DNA from: Actinomycetota bacterium
Lineage (GTDB): Bacteria; Actinomycetota; Actinomycetes; S36-B12
Direction of reading: 5' to 3'
Length of the DNA stretch: 64,000 bases
NCBI GenBank assembly: GCA_017856385.1
Contig: JAFMFD010000009.1
Location: 10 to 64,009 of the forward strand
Shown here: positions 62,085 to 64,000 of the stretch, piece after piece
How positions within the stretch are numbered: position 1 is the stretch's first letter
How the letters are laid out: each line of letters starts with the position of its first letter
Translations under genes and position numbers: made by a program
The notes under the pieces: generated by a model
The model's database searches: none
What the model saw: only the letters and a program-made list of their open reading frames with translations
Told to the model about the DNA's origin: nothing

Positions 62085-63748
62085 CAGAACAGCCCGACCA
62101 CCCGGCCATCGACTAGGTCGATGCGCTCGCTCGAGGGGACACGAGGCAGGCCCGGCATCGTCATGATGTCGCCGCAGACCATGACGATGAACTCCGCCCC
62201 GGCGCAGAGGCGGACCTCGCGGATGGTTACGACGTGTCCGGAGGGGGCGCCGCGCAGCTGGGGATCGGTGGAGAACGAGTACTGGGTCTTCGCCACGCAG
62301 ATGGGCAGCGATCCGTAGCCCTCCTCCTGGAGCTCGGCGATCCGCGCGCGCACCTTGCTGTCGGCGGCGACCTCCGAGGCCCCGTACACGCGCGTGGCAA
62401 GGGTCGAGACCTTCTGCCACAGCGTCGCGTCGTCGGAGTACACGAACTCCGGAGCGCTGGGCTCCTCGCACAGGTCGACCACTGCGCGGGCGAGGTCCTC
62501 GGCGCCTGCTCCGCCGTCGGACCAGTGGGTCGCCAGGACCACGCGCGCCCCGAGGGCCGACACCCTGTCCTCGATGAGCGCCAGCTCTGCGGCCGTGTCG
62601 GAGTCGAAGCGGTTGATCGACACGATGCACGGAATCCGGTACGTCTCGCTGACCGTGCGCACGTGGCGCTCGAGGTTCGCCATGCCGCGCTCGAGCGCGC
62701 CGAGGTCCTCCGTGCCGATGGTCGCGAGGTCGGCGCCACCGTGGTACTTCAGGGCCCGGACGGTGGCGACGACCACCGCGGCGTTCGGCCGCAGTCCCGA
62801 CTTGCGGCACTTGATGTCGAGGAACTTCTCCGCGCCGAGGTCGGCGCCGAACCCGGCCTCGGTCACGACGTAGTCGGCGAGCTTCAGGGCCGCCGTGGTG
62901 GCGACTACGGAGTTGCAGCCGTGGGCGATGTTCGCGAACGGACCCCCGTGGACGAAGGCGGGCGTGTTCTCCAGGGTCTGAACGAGGTTCGGGGCGAAGG
63001 CGTCCTTCAGCAGGACGGTCATCGCGCCGTCGGCGTTGAGGTCACGCGCATGGACGGGCCGGCGATCGTGGGTGTAGCCGATCACGATGCTGCCGAGGCG
63101 GCGCTTGAGGTCGTCAAGGCTGGTCGCGAGGCAGAAGATCGCCATGACCTCCGAGGCCACGACGATGTCGAAGCCGTCCTCACGCGGGTAGCCGTTGCCG
63201 GGACCGCCGAGGCCGACGACGATGTCGCGCAGCGCTCGGTCGTTCATATCCAGCACGCGCTTCCAGGTGATCCTGCGCACGTCGATGCCCAGTGTGTTGC
63301 CGTGGTGGATGTGGTTGTCGATCAGCGCGGCGAGCAGGTTGGTGCACAGGCCTATCGCATTGAAGTCCCCGGTGAAGTGCAGATTTATGTCCTCCATCGG
63401 GACGATCTGCGCGTGGCCCCCTCCTGCCGCTCCGCCCTTCATGCCGAATACCGGGCCGAGCGACGGCTCGCGCAGGCAGATCATGGTGCGCTTGCCGATC
63501 CGCGCGAGGCCGTCGCCGAGGCCGACGCTCGTCGTGGTCTTGCCCTCGCCAGCAGGGGTGGGGCTGATGGCGGTGACGAGGATCAGGCGCGCCTCGGGGT
63601 TCTCCGGGAGGTCGGCGAGGTAGTCGAGCGCGATCTTCGCCTTGTAGCGGCCGTAGGGAGACACGGCGTCGTCGGGGATGCCGAGGCGATCCGCGACCTC
63701 GGCGATGGGCAGCATGTTCGCCGCCTGCGCGATCTCGATATCGGACAT
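62084..63748 (-). CDS. fhs: formate--tetrahydrofolate ligase
   Basis: [15 protein letters not shown]...[20 protein letters not shown]...[19 protein letters not shown]...[11 protein letters not shown]. 554 aa. Confidence 0.92.
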   Translation of the reverse strand: MSDIEIAQAANMLPIAEVADRLGIPDDAVSPYGRYKAKIALDYLADLPENPEARLILVTAISPTPAGEGKTTTSVGLGDGLARIGKRTMICLREPSLGPVFGMKGGAAGGGHAQIVPMEDINLHFTGDFNAIGLCTNLLAALIDNHIHHGNTLGIDVRRITWKRVLDMNDRALRDIVVGLGGPGNGYPREDGFDIVVASEVMAIFCLATSLDDLKRRLGSIVIGYTHDRRPVHARDLNADGAMTVLLKDAFAPNLVQTLENTPAFVHGGPFANIAHGCNSVVATTAALKLADYVVTEAGFGADLGAEKFLDIKCRKSGLRPNAAVVVATVRALKYHGGADLATIGTEDLGALERGMANLERHVRTVSETYRIPCIVSINRFDSDTAAELALIEDRVSALGARVVLATHWSDGGAGAEDLARAVVDLCEEPSAPEFVYSDDATLWQKVSTLATRVYGASEVAADSKVRARIAELQEEGYGSLPICVAKTQYSFSTDPQLRGAPSGHVVTIREVRLCAGAEFIVMVCGDIMTMPGLPRVPSSERIDLVDGRVVGLF

Positions 63749-63757
63749 CGGTGCGGA

Positions 63758-64000
63758 CTACCTCGCTGCCTTGACGGCAGCCAGCAGCTCGGGAAGAAAC
63801 GTGTGCATGTCGTCGACCACGATGTAGTCGGCGTGCGTCATGATCGGCGCCTCCCGATCGGTGTTGATGGCGACGAGAACCTTGGCGTTCTTGCACCCGG
63901 CAAGGTGCTGGGTCGCCCCGCTGATCCCGCAGGCGAGGTACAGGTCCGGTGCGACCTTGGTGCCGGTCTGGCCGACCTGCTCGCTGTGGGGGCGCCAGCC
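63758..64000 (-). CDS. etfA: electron transfer flavoprotein alpha subunit, C-terminal 80 codons (5' part beyond the window)
   Basis: The minus-strand frame reads ...GQTGTKVAPDLYLACGISGATQHLAGCKNAKVLVAINTDREAPIMTHADYIVVDDMHTFLPELLAAVKAAR*. This is the conserved ETF-alpha FAD-binding C-terminus. Stop is the rc of cta at 63758-63760. Confidence 0.75.
   Translation of the reverse strand, partial: GWRPHSEQVGQTGTKVAPDLYLACGISGATQHLAGCKNAKVLVAINTDREAPIMTHADYIVVDDMHTFLPELLAAVKAAR

Noticed and set aside
62085-62810. 242-codon N-terminal extension of the fdhD ORF
   Set aside because: It lies entirely inside fhs in a different frame and is Arg/Pro/Gly-rich. ATG 62084 gives a normal-length FdhD.
1-64000. 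Mobile elements, prophage, CRISPR-Cas, toxin-antitoxin or defence islands, tRNA/rRNA genes
   Set aside because: I found no transposase, integrase or recombinase motifs, no long terminal or spaced repeat arrays, no cloverleaf-like segments in the few intergenic gaps, and no marked compositional break. The accessory character of the window is metabolic rather than mobile.

Overview
High-GC Actinomycetota-type chromosomal window (GC3-biased codons, frequent GTG starts, many ATGA/GTGA stop-start overlaps). It is almost entirely protein-coding. I can support about 57 CDS, two of them cut by the window edges. I saw no rRNA, tRNA, CRISPR array, transposase, integrase, phage gene or recognisable defence gene. 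Layout: (i) 1-9.1 kb miscellaneous genes: apt, a TspO-like membrane protein, four signal-peptide proteins, two ThDP enzymes and a hotdog thioesterase. (ii) 9.2-13.9 kb: a Liv-type ABC importer (SBP, 2 ATPases, 2 permeases). (iii) 14.7-42.6 kb: a large aryl/acyl-CoA catabolic island. It holds indolepyruvate:ferredoxin oxidoreductase IorAB, gentisate-1,2-dioxygenase-like bicupin, nitrilase, FAH hydrolase, RutA/SfnG-like LLM monooxygenase plus flavin reductase, two SDRs, a bifunctional FAD-monooxygenase/OYE-reductase (salicylyl-CoA 5-hydroxylase / 2-aminobenzoyl-CoA monooxygenase-reductase type), a cyclase-family hydrolase, two divergent CrtI-like flavoproteins, a MenB/BadI-like crotonase, thiolase, RidA, ADP-forming and AMP-forming acyl-CoA synthetases, a split B12-dependent acyl-CoA mutase, and PaaX and AraC regulators with WrbA and an FMN reductase. 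(iv) 43.7-55.1 kb: a GAF-LuxR regulator divergent from a second Liv-type importer. That importer runs directly into a homologue of the N,N-dimethylformamidase large subunit, an HDAC-like amidohydrolase and an amidohydrolase_3 enzyme. (v) 55.1-64 kb: a convergent, translationally coupled C1 operon (etfA', fhs, fdhD, fdsG, fdsB, fdsA, fdsD, a WQGIPS-motif small protein, and a stand-alone homocysteine-S-methyltransferase domain protein). The best candidates for undescribed biology are the importer-linked triple amide-hydrolase operon built around the DMFase-like protein, including a permease with a roughly 145-aa soluble C-terminal extension located where the DMFase small-subunit gene would sit, and the composite CoA-dependent aromatic (anthranilate/salicylate/indole-derived) island with its BadI-like ring-opening module and split mutase. 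All functional calls come from reading motifs by eye. No database search was run.
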